A stretch of 31,947 bases of DNA from a virus (Duplodnaviria; Caudoviricetes): positions 1 through 31,947 of IMG/VR virus record IMGVR_UViG_3300044724_007351. One strand, given 5' to 3'. Below the pieces are notes generated by a model. It saw nothing but the letters and a program-made list of their open reading frames with translations, did not search any database and was not told where the DNA came from. Below are positions 17,499 to 26,230 of the stretch, piece by piece (positions within the stretch are counted from its first letter, which is position 1; each line of letters opens with the position of its first letter). The translations under genes were made by a program, and so were the position numbers.

Positions 17499-17827
17499 AC
17501 GGATGGGCAAACTGGGAAACGTGGCACTTCATGACGTGGCACGAGAACGAACTGATTGAGCGTTGGAATCAAACGTTTGAATTGGAAACGATGTTGGACG
17601 GTAGAGGCGTTCCACCGAACAAATACTTGTCGCTCCGCGAACGCGTTGCGGTGTTGTTAGCGGAAGACATAGAAGTGTACATCGATGATTGGTACTCAAA
17701 GGATGTGAAGGACGGGTGGATTCACGATGTGGTCTACGGCTACGTAGGATCCTTGAACAAGTACGAAATAGCCAACAGATGCTTGGAAGTGATTGAAGAA
17801 AGCCAGAACATAAAATTACCCTCGTGA
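17495..17827 (+). CDS. Hypothetical phage protein
   Basis: Starts MNGWANWETW (NGW.N.ETW motif); ATGA overlap. Confidence 0.72.
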   Translation: MNGWANWETWHFMTWHENELIERWNQTFELETMLDGRGVPPNKYLSLRERVAVLLAEDIEVYIDDWYSKDVKDGWIHDVVYGYVGSLNKYEIANRCLEVIEESQNIKLPS

Positions 17828-18549
17828 TGAAAAGAGATTACCTATCCTACTCGGCGTTGAAAGCGTTTATGAAATCGCCGAATCACTACTTGCAGTACGT
17901 TAGTGATCCAATGCCACCAACCCCACAGATGTCATTTGGATCCGCATTGCATTGTTGGATCCTCGAGCCGGAACGGTTTGACGAGGCTTACGCAATAGCC
18001 CCAAACGTTGACCGCCGAACAAAGCAGGGGAAAGCCGATTACGCTTCGTTCCTAGAAGATGTCGGTGTCCGCGAGGTGATTACGCAAGCAGACAAGAACG
18101 TAATCAACCTTGTTTCAAATGCATTCAAAAACGATCCGAATGCAAATGGCCTTTTGAATTCTGCTACCTCTTGCGAATTGAAGCACGAAAGGAAAATTGA
18201 TGGCCTGCCGTTTGTAGGTGTTGCAGATATGTTGACCTCGGTTTGGTGCGCAGACCTGAAAACAACTCAGGATGCTTCGCCTGTGGCGTTCCAAAAAACC
18301 ATTGCGAACTTTCAATACCACATTCAGGCTGCAGCGTACCAAATTCTCTTTGACGTTGATAGGTTCTATTGGATCGCAGTAGAAACCAAGGCACCGTTCA
18401 ACGTAGCGGTGTACAGCCCTAGCCAACGGAGTTTGGACAAAGGGCGCGAAGCATTGCTTGAAGGTATCCGGAACTTCAAAAATTGGGATGGAACACCGCA
18501 GGGCTACTCGAACACGGTTATCGAACTTGATTTACCCGGGTGGGCATGA
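17824..18549 (+). CDS. PD-(D/E)XK exonuclease, RecE/ExoVIII C-terminal-like (DUF3799)
   Basis: LSYS.LK, FGSALH...LEP, DLKTT, YHIQAA.Y motifs. Confidence 0.9.
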   Translation: MMKRDYLSYSALKAFMKSPNHYLQYVSDPMPPTPQMSFGSALHCWILEPERFDEAYAIAPNVDRRTKQGKADYASFLEDVGVREVITQADKNVINLVSNAFKNDPNANGLLNSATSCELKHERKIDGLPFVGVADMLTSVWCADLKTTQDASPVAFQKTIANFQYHIQAAAYQILFDVDRFYWIAVETKAPFNVAVYSPSQRSLDKGREALLEGIRNFKNWDGTPQGYSNTVIELDLPGWA

Positions 18550-18701
18550 AAGAGGTTATGAGGCTGTTTTATGCGTATCGCAACCGGACGCTAAAACGAT
18601 ACGAGCATGATGATAATTACGATCGACTGAACATGCATTTTTTCAACATTGAAGGCGAAATGAGAGAAATTTTTTTAATCCTTAAAAACATCGAAAGATG
18701 A
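18546..18701 (+). CDS. Hypothetical protein (51 aa; not in ORF track)
   Basis: ATGA overlaps on both sides, fills gap exactly. Confidence 0.6.
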   Translation: MKEVMRLFYAYRNRTLKRYEHDDNYDRLNMHFFNIEGEMREIFLILKNIER

Positions 18702-19117
18702 TGACAATCACAGAAATCGGGGCTGTCAGCCCTTGGACAGGCCGTGACGGACGGCAGATGTACGAAATCAAGGTTACGTTGAGCGACGGTCGCTCCGGAT
18801 CCGTAAACGCTACGAAGCCGGATCGTTGGAGCGTTGGCGATGAGGTTCAGGTAAAAAGCGAGAACCAAACCAATCACGGTTTGAAGTTTCAGCTTGAAAA
18901 GCCGGGCGGGTATCAACCCAATGTGGCCAAGGCGAAGGATCCTGACCTTGACTACAAAATCGAAGCGTCTTGGGCGTTAAAATTAGCCGTGCAGAGTAAT
19001 ACGGCGTTTGACAATTTGGTGTCAACGTCCTTGCAATTGATTGAAAAGCGGAACGAGGTAGTTCGGCACCTGAAATCAAACAAGGCTCAAGCCGGAACCA
19101 CTCATGAGCAATTTTGA
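18698..19117 (+). CDS. Putative single-stranded DNA-binding protein
   Basis: N-terminal OB-like beta pattern (W.VGDEV), C-terminal I.A.WALK.AV helix; next to exonuclease. Confidence 0.55.
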   Translation: MMTITEIGAVSPWTGRDGRQMYEIKVTLSDGRSGSVNATKPDRWSVGDEVQVKSENQTNHGLKFQLEKPGGYQPNVAKAKDPDLDYKIEASWALKLAVQSNTAFDNLVSTSLQLIEKRNEVVRHLKSNKAQAGTTHEQF

Positions 19118-19224
19118 TTATGACTACTTGTGGTACGCCTTGGTGGTGGGGGCGTTAGGTTCAGTTGCCTGCCTGCTCCTCGATATTTGGGAAGATAGAA
19201 TTCAAGAAAGAAAAAGGAAAAGAC

Positions 19225-19458
19225 ATGAATCAGAAAAATAGTTTAAAGGGCTTTGTTTACACCCACTACGGCGATTTCAAATCAATGGCCGATCGGTTAG
19301 GCGTAGATGTATCAACGGCAACGAATTGGGCTGCAAAGAACCCAAGAAATATGTTGCGGTACATACCTGAAATCACCAAGACCTCAGGAGTGACTGAGCG
19401 AGAGGTTATCGTAGCCGTTCTTGCTCGTGAAGAGGAACTTGCAATGCAAGGTATCTAA
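19225..19458 (+). CDS. Cro-like HTH DNA-binding protein
   Basis: MADRLGVDVSTATNW helix-turn-helix; upstream of replication initiator. Confidence 0.72.
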   Translation: MNQKNSLKGFVYTHYGDFKSMADRLGVDVSTATNWAAKNPRNMLRYIPEITKTSGVTEREVIVAVLAREEELAMQGI

Positions 19459-20162
19459 TGGAAAAGAAGTTCGAAGGCGTTTGGATCCCTCTGGCCGTAA
19501 TCCAATTGGACATTGGTTTGCTCGAAAAGATTATTCTGTCAGAAATCCACGCCTTCGCTACTTCGAAATCAACCTTCTACAAAACCAACGCGCAAATTGC
19601 GGACGATTGGAACACGAGCGTGACGAAGGTCACAAGGGCGGTCAAAACGCTATGCGAAGAAGGTTATATTGAACGAGGATCCTTCGACGGACGGAGAAGA
19701 CACCTGACGCCGACTGGTCAAATTGATTACACAGCCAAAGCAAAACGACCAACCAGCATGGTCAAAACGACCAAGCAGAGTGGTAAAAAAGACCAAGCAG
19801 GCAGGTCAAAAAGCCGAGGCCATATAAAAGAACAGAGAAAGGACAAGAAAAGCACAATCAAAAAAAGCGAGGTTGTGGAACAGGTTTGGATAGAAATCAA
19901 GGACTATTGGTTGGAATGGAAGAGGTACAAGAAAGCGGAACACGGTTTCAAATTCAAAACCGAACAAAGTGAATTGACAGCATTGAAAAACCTTCAAACC
20001 ATTTCAAACAACGATGACAACACAGCACGAACAATCATTGGAACAAGCATTGCAAACGGATGGAAAGGCCTCTTCGCGCCAAAACCTAACGCCGTCGCAA
20101 ATCAACCGAGCGAATCGGACCGTGACCTCTTTGCAAAATACGTTACGACCGGGCGTCTTTGA
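19458..20162 (+). CDS. Replication initiator (lambda O-like, N-terminal wHTH)
   Basis: F.GVWIP, TN..IA...V.RAVK.L...GYI, C-terminal SIANGW.GLF; internal iterons. Confidence 0.85.
   Translation: MEKKFEGVWIPLAVIQLDIGLLEKIILSEIHAFATSKSTFYKTNAQIADDWNTSVTKVTRAVKTLCEEGYIERGSFDGRRRHLTPTGQIDYTAKAKRPTSMVKTTKQSGKKDQAGRSKSRGHIKEQRKDKKSTIKKSEVVEQVWIEIKDYWLEWKRYKKAEHGFKFKTEQSELTALKNLQTISNNDDNTARTIIGTSIANGWKGLFAPKPNAVANQPSESDRDLFAKYVTTGRL
19716..19816 (+). repeat. Five iterons at 22-bp period (putative replication origin)
   Basis: GGTC-n5-GACC-like units at 19716, 19738, 19760, 19782, 19804 followed by A-rich tract. Confidence 0.8.
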
Positions 20163-20685
20163 TCTGAATGCAGCACAAGCGTTTCAAATAGGAACTTCGA
20201 TCCAAACGGCATTGCGTTACAACCCGATGGCAACTCGCGTTGCAATGGTGAAAATGATCCAAGACGTAGTGGACTTCTGCAAAGCCAAAAGGACACTTGC
20301 AAACGTATCCGAAGTAATCTTCGCAGCAGAAACGTTGCTTCAACAATTTCCTTGCGTAACGCTCGAAGAGTTCCGGCTTATTTGCGACCGTTTGAAGCAG
20401 GGCTACTACGGCAACAAATTCGAGAGATTGATGATTGAGGAGTTTAGAAGCGCATTAATCGCTTTGGAAGAGGATCGTGCATCTATGCTCGAAACATTGC
20501 ATACAAGGCAAGGACAAGCCGTAGAACGCGAATTTGACGTGAATAAGAACGTCTACGAGCCTACCACGATGGAGGACTTGAGAAGAAAGCGGAACGAACC
20601 TATTTTCGCCCTAGCAGCACACATAGCAAACTTGCCAAAGGATCCTACCAATGAAGAAACTGACACAGTTCGGTCCGAGGACTAA
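20014..20685 (+). CDS. Hypothetical replication-associated protein (true start probably downstream)
   Basis: Follows initiator in helicase-loader position; LEEF.L....K.G.YG motif. Confidence 0.6.
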   Translation: MTTQHEQSLEQALQTDGKASSRQNLTPSQINRANRTVTSLQNTLRPGVFDLNAAQAFQIGTSIQTALRYNPMATRVAMVKMIQDVVDFCKAKRTLANVSEVIFAAETLLQQFPCVTLEEFRLICDRLKQGYYGNKFERLMIEEFRSALIALEEDRASMLETLHTRQGQAVEREFDVNKNVYEPTTMEDLRRKRNEPIFALAAHIANLPKDPTNEETDTVRSED

Positions 20686-21052
20686 CACGCTCACGGGCGA
20701 AGCAATGTTCGAAGGATATTGCATTCATGATGGCGAATACTACTGCCAAACAGAATTGGAACTTCAGATTCTGCTCGTGTTCCTTGGTTATAAACGCGGA
20801 AACATTCCGCTTGATAGATGGAACAAGCATCTGACCGATATGGAAGTGTATTATTGGACGGACTGGCACCACGAGCCGTTCGATGAGTGGCACCAAAAAC
20901 CAACACCGCTTGATATTATCAGTTTCATCTTTGATTGGATCGACCAAAACGTGGATGAAATAAAGGATGACGAGGAACAAGTAGAACACGTAATCTTCTA
21001 CGATGAACTCAAAGGATATTTGACTCAACTGATTGGAACTCTCAACCTATGA
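20651..21052 (+). CDS. Hypothetical protein
   Basis: 133 aa, Trp/acidic rich, coupled to neighbours. Confidence 0.68.
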   Translation: MKKLTQFGPRTNTLTGEAMFEGYCIHDGEYYCQTELELQILLVFLGYKRGNIPLDRWNKHLTDMEVYYWTDWHHEPFDEWHQKPTPLDIISFIFDWIDQNVDEIKDDEEQVEHVIFYDELKGYLTQLIGTLNL

Positions 21053-21456
21053 AAAAAGAAAAATCACGCAGTTGGCACATAAAAAACTGCGACCGTCTAT
21101 GCTCGTTGTATGTTCGAATGGCCTCGCGGTATGATTACCACAGGAACAAAGTACGTTGTTTCACTTGCCACCGAGATTTCTGTTGGACTGAAGTTGACGC
21201 AGGGCACTTCATTACACGATCCAAAATGAGTACGCGATGGAATGCGTTAAATGTTCAACCTCAATGCGTTGAATGCAATAGAATGTACAATGGAGTGCCG
21301 GAAATATTTGCCATTCAATTGGACTCGGTTTGGGGCAAAGGAACAGCGGATGAAATTCGAGCGGAGTCCGAAAAAACCGTGAAATACACTATAGATGACC
21401 TCAAGGCAATTGCGAACACATTCAAAAAAGCGATTCGGCGATTGGAAAAATACTAA
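21049..21456 (+). CDS. NinG/Rap-like endonuclease, copy 1
   Basis: CFTC...DAGHF..R....RW...NV..QC..CN. Confidence 0.88.
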   Translation: MKKEKSRSWHIKNCDRLCSLYVRMASRYDYHRNKVRCFTCHRDFCWTEVDAGHFITRSKMSTRWNALNVQPQCVECNRMYNGVPEIFAIQLDSVWGKGTADEIRAESEKTVKYTIDDLKAIANTFKKAIRRLEKY

Positions 21457-21501
21457 TATGTGGGAAATTTGCCCTAATATTGTGGTGTTTACAGTCACCA
21501 C

Positions 21502-22059
21502 ATGAATAAGATAACCAAGAAGAAACTCACTACTCTCAAGCCAAACGACAGCAATCCGCGTTTGATCCAAGAAGACCAATTCAAAAAATTGGTTTCAAGC
21601 CTTAAGGAGTTTCCTGAAATGTTGGAAGCACGACCAATTGTCGTGGATCCTAATAATGTGATTCTCGGCGGAAATATGCGGTATCGGGCTGCATTGGAAA
21701 TTGGCTTGAAGGAAATACCGGTGTACGTAGCCTCTTGGGAAGAGGCCAAACAACGGCAGTTCGTTATCAAGGACAACGTTCCATTTGGATCGTGGGATTG
21801 GAACGTACTTGCAAACGAGTGGAACGCTGAAGAACTCAACGATTGGGGTTTGAATACGTTTTTCGATGACGGTGACATCAATACCTTTTTCGACGATCCG
21901 GAACTACCTGAGCCGAATTTGAAATCTGCATCGGCTTTGCTTTTGCAGTACACGCCTGAAGAGTTTGAGCAAATAACTGAGGCGTTGGACAATCTCGCGA
22001 AAGCGCACGGTGAATCGCGTGAGAAAATTGTGTTTGACCTCGTATTGGCCTCGGTGTGA
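21502..22059 (+). CDS. ParB/Srx-like N-terminal domain protein
   Basis: LKPN..NPR, RPIVVD, ILGGNMR..A, IKDN...G.WD motifs. Confidence 0.88.
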   Translation: MNKITKKKLTTLKPNDSNPRLIQEDQFKKLVSSLKEFPEMLEARPIVVDPNNVILGGNMRYRAALEIGLKEIPVYVASWEEAKQRQFVIKDNVPFGSWDWNVLANEWNAEELNDWGLNTFFDDGDINTFFDDPELPEPNLKSASALLLQYTPEEFEQITEALDNLAKAHGESREKIVFDLVLASV

Positions 22060-22397
22060 TGAATTACGTTGCAGAAGTTGAAATCAGGTTCGAGGTAGAA
22101 GGTTTCCATCACTTTCCTGACGCTCCAAAAGTTGTTTCCTTTTTGGAACACCCACACCGTCACACATTCATAATTACGATGGCTTGGATCGTAGAGGAGT
22201 TGAATCGTGAAATGGAAATATTCATTGAACGCGAGGCGGTACTGTATTACATACGAAACAGATACGGCCACCCGGCTCAATTTGAAGGAATGTCGTGCGA
22301 ACACATTGCAAAAGACCTGCTTGAATGGTCAGGAGCAAGACGCGTAACCGTGTGGGAAGAAAACACCGGCGGAGCAACCCTAACACGTGAAGAATGA
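22056..22397 (+). CDS. QueD-paralog T-fold protein (DpdL-like, putative CDG decarboxylase)
   Basis: EGFH.FP, LEHPHRHTF (LxxxHRHxF), SCE.IA, V.V.E; lacks QueD CxxxHGH. Confidence 0.7.
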   Translation: MMNYVAEVEIRFEVEGFHHFPDAPKVVSFLEHPHRHTFIITMAWIVEELNREMEIFIEREAVLYYIRNRYGHPAQFEGMSCEHIAKDLLEWSGARRVTVWEENTGGATLTREE

Positions 22398-23284
22398 TTG
22401 TTCCGGATCAAGGGAATATCAAAGTGCATTTCGCAGGATCCGAAGGACACCAACACTTCAACACCTTGCGTGCTGCAAACATTAAGTACAGCCTGTTTTC
22501 GGCGTTCTCTTTGGTTGCGGACAGGGTAGGAATCAAGGGCGTGAGTTACGCTCAGGAAATAGGAAATACGCCGATGCAACGAAAGGCTGCATTTCGGCAC
22601 GTCATAATGGACTCCGGCCTGTTTACGCTAATGTTTGGCGCATTGAAGGGCAAAAAACCGCCTGAGTTTGTGGATCGGTGGTACAACGCTTTGGTTGATT
22701 TCACTTTGGAACGAGGCTACGACGGCACGGCCGTTGAGGTTGATTGCCAAAAGGTACTTGGTGTGGATGCAGCATGGCACTATCGCGAGCGGATGCGAGA
22801 TGAACTGCCGAACACTAGAATCATAAACGTCTTTCACATTGAAGACGGCAAAAAAGGCTTGGATCGGTTGATTGAATTCTCGGACTATATCGCACTCAGC
22901 GCACCGGAATTGCGATTCGCAGGTAAATTCAATCAGATACATCGCCTTGCCGACTATATCAAAACGAAAAAGCCTGAAATCGACATTCACTTGCTTGGAA
23001 TGACGGATACCAAAATGCTTCGAAGGTTACGGTACTGTACTTCAGCAGATAGCACGAGTTGGGCTTCAGGTTGCCGATACGGCAAGGTGCACCTTCACAA
23101 TGGTGAAGTAGGTCACATAACAAAATTCAAAGATGAGTATTGGCAGAAATACGCCGATGCTTATCAAGCGTACTCAGACGAACTCGGTTGCAAAATTTAC
23201 AGTTTGCGCACCGATTGCATTCAATGCTTTCAAGCGGAGCAATTGAAACACCGTTACGCAAAATTTGCAGGATGTCAAGAATGA
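22394..23284 (+). CDS. dpdA: DNA 7-deazaguanine transglycosylase (TGT-like)
   Basis: IMDSG.FT, IHLLG, SADSTSW motifs; embedded among que genes. Confidence 0.82.
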   Translation: MIVPDQGNIKVHFAGSEGHQHFNTLRAANIKYSLFSAFSLVADRVGIKGVSYAQEIGNTPMQRKAAFRHVIMDSGLFTLMFGALKGKKPPEFVDRWYNALVDFTLERGYDGTAVEVDCQKVLGVDAAWHYRERMRDELPNTRIINVFHIEDGKKGLDRLIEFSDYIALSAPELRFAGKFNQIHRLADYIKTKKPEIDIHLLGMTDTKMLRRLRYCTSADSTSWASGCRYGKVHLHNGEVGHITKFKDEYWQKYADAYQAYSDELGCKIYSLRTDCIQCFQAEQLKHRYAKFAGCQE

Positions 23285-23670
23285 AAATTTACAGGAAATA
23301 TCACTTTTACGCCGGCCACAGAAATGAGGACGCAGGCGAAAAATGCTCACGAATGCACGGTCACACCTACGAGGTTGAATGCTGTTTTGCTTGGCACGAC
23401 TTCAATGGCGATGTGGCTATGCTTTTCAATGACATAGATGAAAAAGCGGAACCGATTATCAAATACTTTGACCACTATTTCATTCTGTGGGCGAAGGATC
23501 CTATGTGCGAGGTGATGGATGAGGTCGGCGAAGTGTACCGAAAGGTGGATTTCGTTACAAGCGCGGAAAACATGGCGAAACACCTTTACGATTTGATAGG
23601 CGAGGAACTGCCGATTGAAAGGATCCGACTAGCGGAAACAAAATCAGGATTTGTAGAATACAAAGGATAA
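23281..23670 (+). CDS. queD: 6-carboxy-5,6,7,8-tetrahydropterin synthase
   Basis: F.AGHR, CSRMHGH, FDH, TSAENMA, ET motifs; start at ATG 23281. Confidence 0.93.
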   Translation: MKIYRKYHFYAGHRNEDAGEKCSRMHGHTYEVECCFAWHDFNGDVAMLFNDIDEKAEPIIKYFDHYFILWAKDPMCEVMDEVGEVYRKVDFVTSAENMAKHLYDLIGEELPIERIRLAETKSGFVEYKG

Positions 23671-23673
23671 ACG

Positions 23674-24285
23674 ATGGATGTTACCAATCAACATTGCAGC
23701 GTCAGCGAGCTGTTTTATTCACTCCAAGGAGAAGGAGCAAGAGCCGGAACTGCCAACGTGTTCGTGCGAATGCAAGGATGCAAAGCAAAACACGCTTGCT
23801 TCAAGTCCGGCATCATGTGCGACACCGAATTCGAAAGCGGTGAAACGATTACCTTCGGTGAACTCGAAAAGCGGATCGAAGCATATGATTGTAAGAATAT
23901 TATTTGGACAGGTGGTGAACCTGCTTCGCAGATTACTGAGGAAGTTGTGGCCTACTTTCATTCGAAAGGCTATTATCAATGCATTGAAACGTCCGGTCTT
24001 TTGGCGGTTCCTGATACGCTCGATTACATCGTTGTTTCGCCGAAAGTAGCAGAACACGTAGTTAGCAAGAACTTTCCGAAAGGCGTGACCGAGTTGCGAT
24101 ACGTCCGGCATAAAGGCCAGTCAATTCCACAGCCGTCTGTTCAAGCTATCCACAAGTACATTTCACCTCATTCCGATGGTTGGGATATAAACGCAGAAAA
24201 TTTGAAGCACTGCGTGGATTTGATCCTAGAAAACCCGGAATGGAAATTGAGCGTGCAGCAACACAAGCTATGGAACGTACTTTGA
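23674..24285 (+). CDS. queE: 7-carboxy-7-deazaguanine synthase (radical SAM)
   Basis: ELFYSLQGEG, FVR..GC, CDT, TGGEP, IETSG, SPK, W.LS.Q.HK. Confidence 0.95.
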   Translation: MDVTNQHCSVSELFYSLQGEGARAGTANVFVRMQGCKAKHACFKSGIMCDTEFESGETITFGELEKRIEAYDCKNIIWTGGEPASQITEEVVAYFHSKGYYQCIETSGLLAVPDTLDYIVVSPKVAEHVVSKNFPKGVTELRYVRHKGQSIPQPSVQAIHKYISPHSDGWDINAENLKHCVDLILENPEWKLSVQQHKLWNVL

Positions 24286-25118
24286 AAATAACGTGGGACA
24301 ACTTGCTTGCATATGCTGAAGCCTATGCACAGTCGCAGGGCAAAGTACGGCGTGAAATAAAGGCGTACGGCGTACCAAGGGGCGGATCGTGTATTGCAGC
24401 CCTTTTTCAGCCCGTTGAAACGCCCGAGGAGGCCGATGTCATAGTAGACGATTTGATAGACTCCGGAGCGACTGCAGAGAGGTACGCTGAGAACTACCCC
24501 TCTAAACCGTTTTGGAGTCCGTTTGACAAGCGTAGACAACGTGAATTGCACGGAAAATGGCTAGTGTTCCCTTGGGAGAGCAATGAGGCACCGGCAGAGG
24601 ACAACGTAACTCGTCTTCTCGAATACGTAGGAGAGGATCCTAGTCGCGAAGGTTTGGTCGATACGCCGAAGCGGTATTTGAAGTTCTGGCGTGAGTTCCT
24701 TTCACCGCCTGAATTCGAATTCACTACGTTCGATGGCGAAGGGACCGATGAAATGATTGTGCAAACGAACATTGCGTTTCACAGCGTGTGCGAGCATCAT
24801 TTGGCACCTTTTTACGGTGTAGGTCATATCGCTTACATTCCGGACGGTCGGATCGTAGGACTATCCAAATTGGCTAGAACGCTTGAATGGTATTCGCGTA
24901 GGCTTCAGAACCAAGAACGCATCACCAAGCAGGTTGCAGAAAGGTTGATGAAAGAGTTGAACGCCAAAGGAGTTGCAGTCGTATTGGAAGCAGAACACAC
25001 CTGTATGTCAATGAGAGGTGTTCGCAAGCCAAATGCGAAAACTAGGACGAGTACTTTGCTAGGATACTTCAAAGATGATCCAATGTGTAGAAACGAATTC
25101 TTAAACCTTATCAAATGA
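24270..25118 (+). CDS. folE: Phosphoribosyltransferase-like domain fused to GTP cyclohydrolase I
   Basis: N-terminal GVPRGG, VIVDDLIDSGAT, WLVFPWE; C-terminal REGL.DTP.R, CEHH, GLSKLAR, LQ.QER, H.CM..RG. Confidence 0.93.
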   Translation: MERTLKITWDNLLAYAEAYAQSQGKVRREIKAYGVPRGGSCIAALFQPVETPEEADVIVDDLIDSGATAERYAENYPSKPFWSPFDKRRQRELHGKWLVFPWESNEAPAEDNVTRLLEYVGEDPSREGLVDTPKRYLKFWREFLSPPEFEFTTFDGEGTDEMIVQTNIAFHSVCEHHLAPFYGVGHIAYIPDGRIVGLSKLARTLEWYSRRLQNQERITKQVAERLMKELNAKGVAVVLEAEHTCMSMRGVRKPNAKTRTSTLLGYFKDDPMCRNEFLNLIK

Positions 25119-25501
25119 AGTTCGTGGCCATTCGCATTTCAACACGTTTAGTCTTGCTGATTGGCAAGTGGGCAATAAAGATACCTCTTGGCGTACGCGG
25201 ATGGTGGCAAGGGCAAAACGAAGCAAAAATTTGGAGCAAGTACACTAATCATTGGATGCTTGCACCGTTGCTGTTTTCGTTTGGCGGTATAGTCATTCAA
25301 AAACGAATGCAACCTCTGACGCAATTCGATCCGGAAAAGGTTAGGCTCATTCGGCATTCAATCAATGAATTGAACATCGCGAACTGCGACCTAATGAAGC
25401 AAGAAAATTGGGGAATGGACGGCGAACGACAAGTGCTTTTGGACTATGGAATTTCAAGCAAAGTTGCTTCAATGTATCCTTTCAAATGGACGCTGAAATG
25501 A
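25115..25501 (+). CDS. Minimal protein-kinase-like fold protein
   Basis: AIK lysine, NE helix-C Glu, DL...EN catalytic loop, LDYG in correct order within 128 aa. Confidence 0.68.
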   Translation: MKFVAIRISTRLVLLIGKWAIKIPLGVRGWWQGQNEAKIWSKYTNHWMLAPLLFSFGGIVIQKRMQPLTQFDPEKVRLIRHSINELNIANCDLMKQENWGMDGERQVLLDYGISSKVASMYPFKWTLK

Positions 25502-25815
25502 ACAAAACTGAACACCAAAAAAAGGCGATTCTGAGCGCGTTAGAATCTAGCCTCGGCGTTGTGACTACCGCTTGCAAAGAAGTAGGAATTGGCCGAACTA
25601 CGTTTTACAATTGGCTTAAGGAGGATCCTTTGTTCGCATTGGCTGTTGAAGAGGTTCAAGAGGTTGCTTTGGATTTCGCTGAATCGCAGTTGTTCCAACA
25701 AATGAAGAAAGGAAACGCAGCAGCAGCAATCTTCTTTTTGAAAACGCGCGGGAAAAAACGCGGATACACAGAAGCACCAATTCAAAATGACGACTCAAAA
25801 ACGATCCAATGGTAA
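25498..25815 (+). CDS. HTH protein resembling pac-type terminase small subunits
   Basis: LG.VT.AC..VGI.R.TFY.W...D..F...V, AES.L, A.IF.LKT.GK.RGY. Confidence 0.75.
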   Translation: MNKTEHQKKAILSALESSLGVVTTACKEVGIGRTTFYNWLKEDPLFALAVEEVQEVALDFAESQLFQQMKKGNAAAAIFFLKTRGKKRGYTEAPIQNDDSKTIQW

Positions 25816-26230
25816 AATCACTCGCAAGAAGGCTACACAGCTATTGGACAAACAATTCAGCCTCTACATCAGGTGGAAACACGCGGATAAGCGCGGTTTT
25901 CTGTCTTGCTTCACTTGTGGCATTGAGCGTCCTGTCAACGAAATGTACGCCGGCCATTTCATGTCAAGAAAACACCGTTTCCTTCGGTGGGATGAAAGGA
26001 ATGTCAAACCACAGTGTGCAAAGTGCAATATTTTTGGGCATGGCGAACAATACAGATTTGGCCTTGGCTTGGATCGAATACAAGCAGGACTCTCAGAACA
26101 ACTCTTGCGAGAATCAGAATACAAGTCCACCCTGCCTATCCAAAAACTATTGGATTTGGCAAGCTATTACGAGCAACGAGCAGAATCGTATCAGCATGCG
26201 AAGGATGGTTCAGACGATGAAGGATGTTGA
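25787..26230 (+). CDS. NinG/Rap-like endonuclease, copy 2
   Basis: LD..FS.YIR, CFTCG, AGHF.SR....RWDE.NV..QC..CN. Confidence 0.9.
   Translation: MTTQKRSNGKITRKKATQLLDKQFSLYIRWKHADKRGFLSCFTCGIERPVNEMYAGHFMSRKHRFLRWDERNVKPQCAKCNIFGHGEQYRFGLGLDRIQAGLSEQLLRESEYKSTLPIQKLLDLASYYEQRAESYQHAKDGSDDEGC

Noticed and set aside
19114-19242. Possible ~40-aa membrane peptide between SSB and Cro-like genes
   Set aside because: Very short, with competing frames; not enough support to annotate
21502-22059. ParB as evidence of a plasmid-prophage partition system
   Set aside because: No ParA or parS seen; this ParB-like type is typically associated with DNA-modification and terminase loci
21495-22304. 269-aa minus-strand ORF and many other antisense or alternate-frame ORFs in the track
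   Set aside because: Shadow frames of well-supported plus-strand genes, with no motifs, promoter or leader
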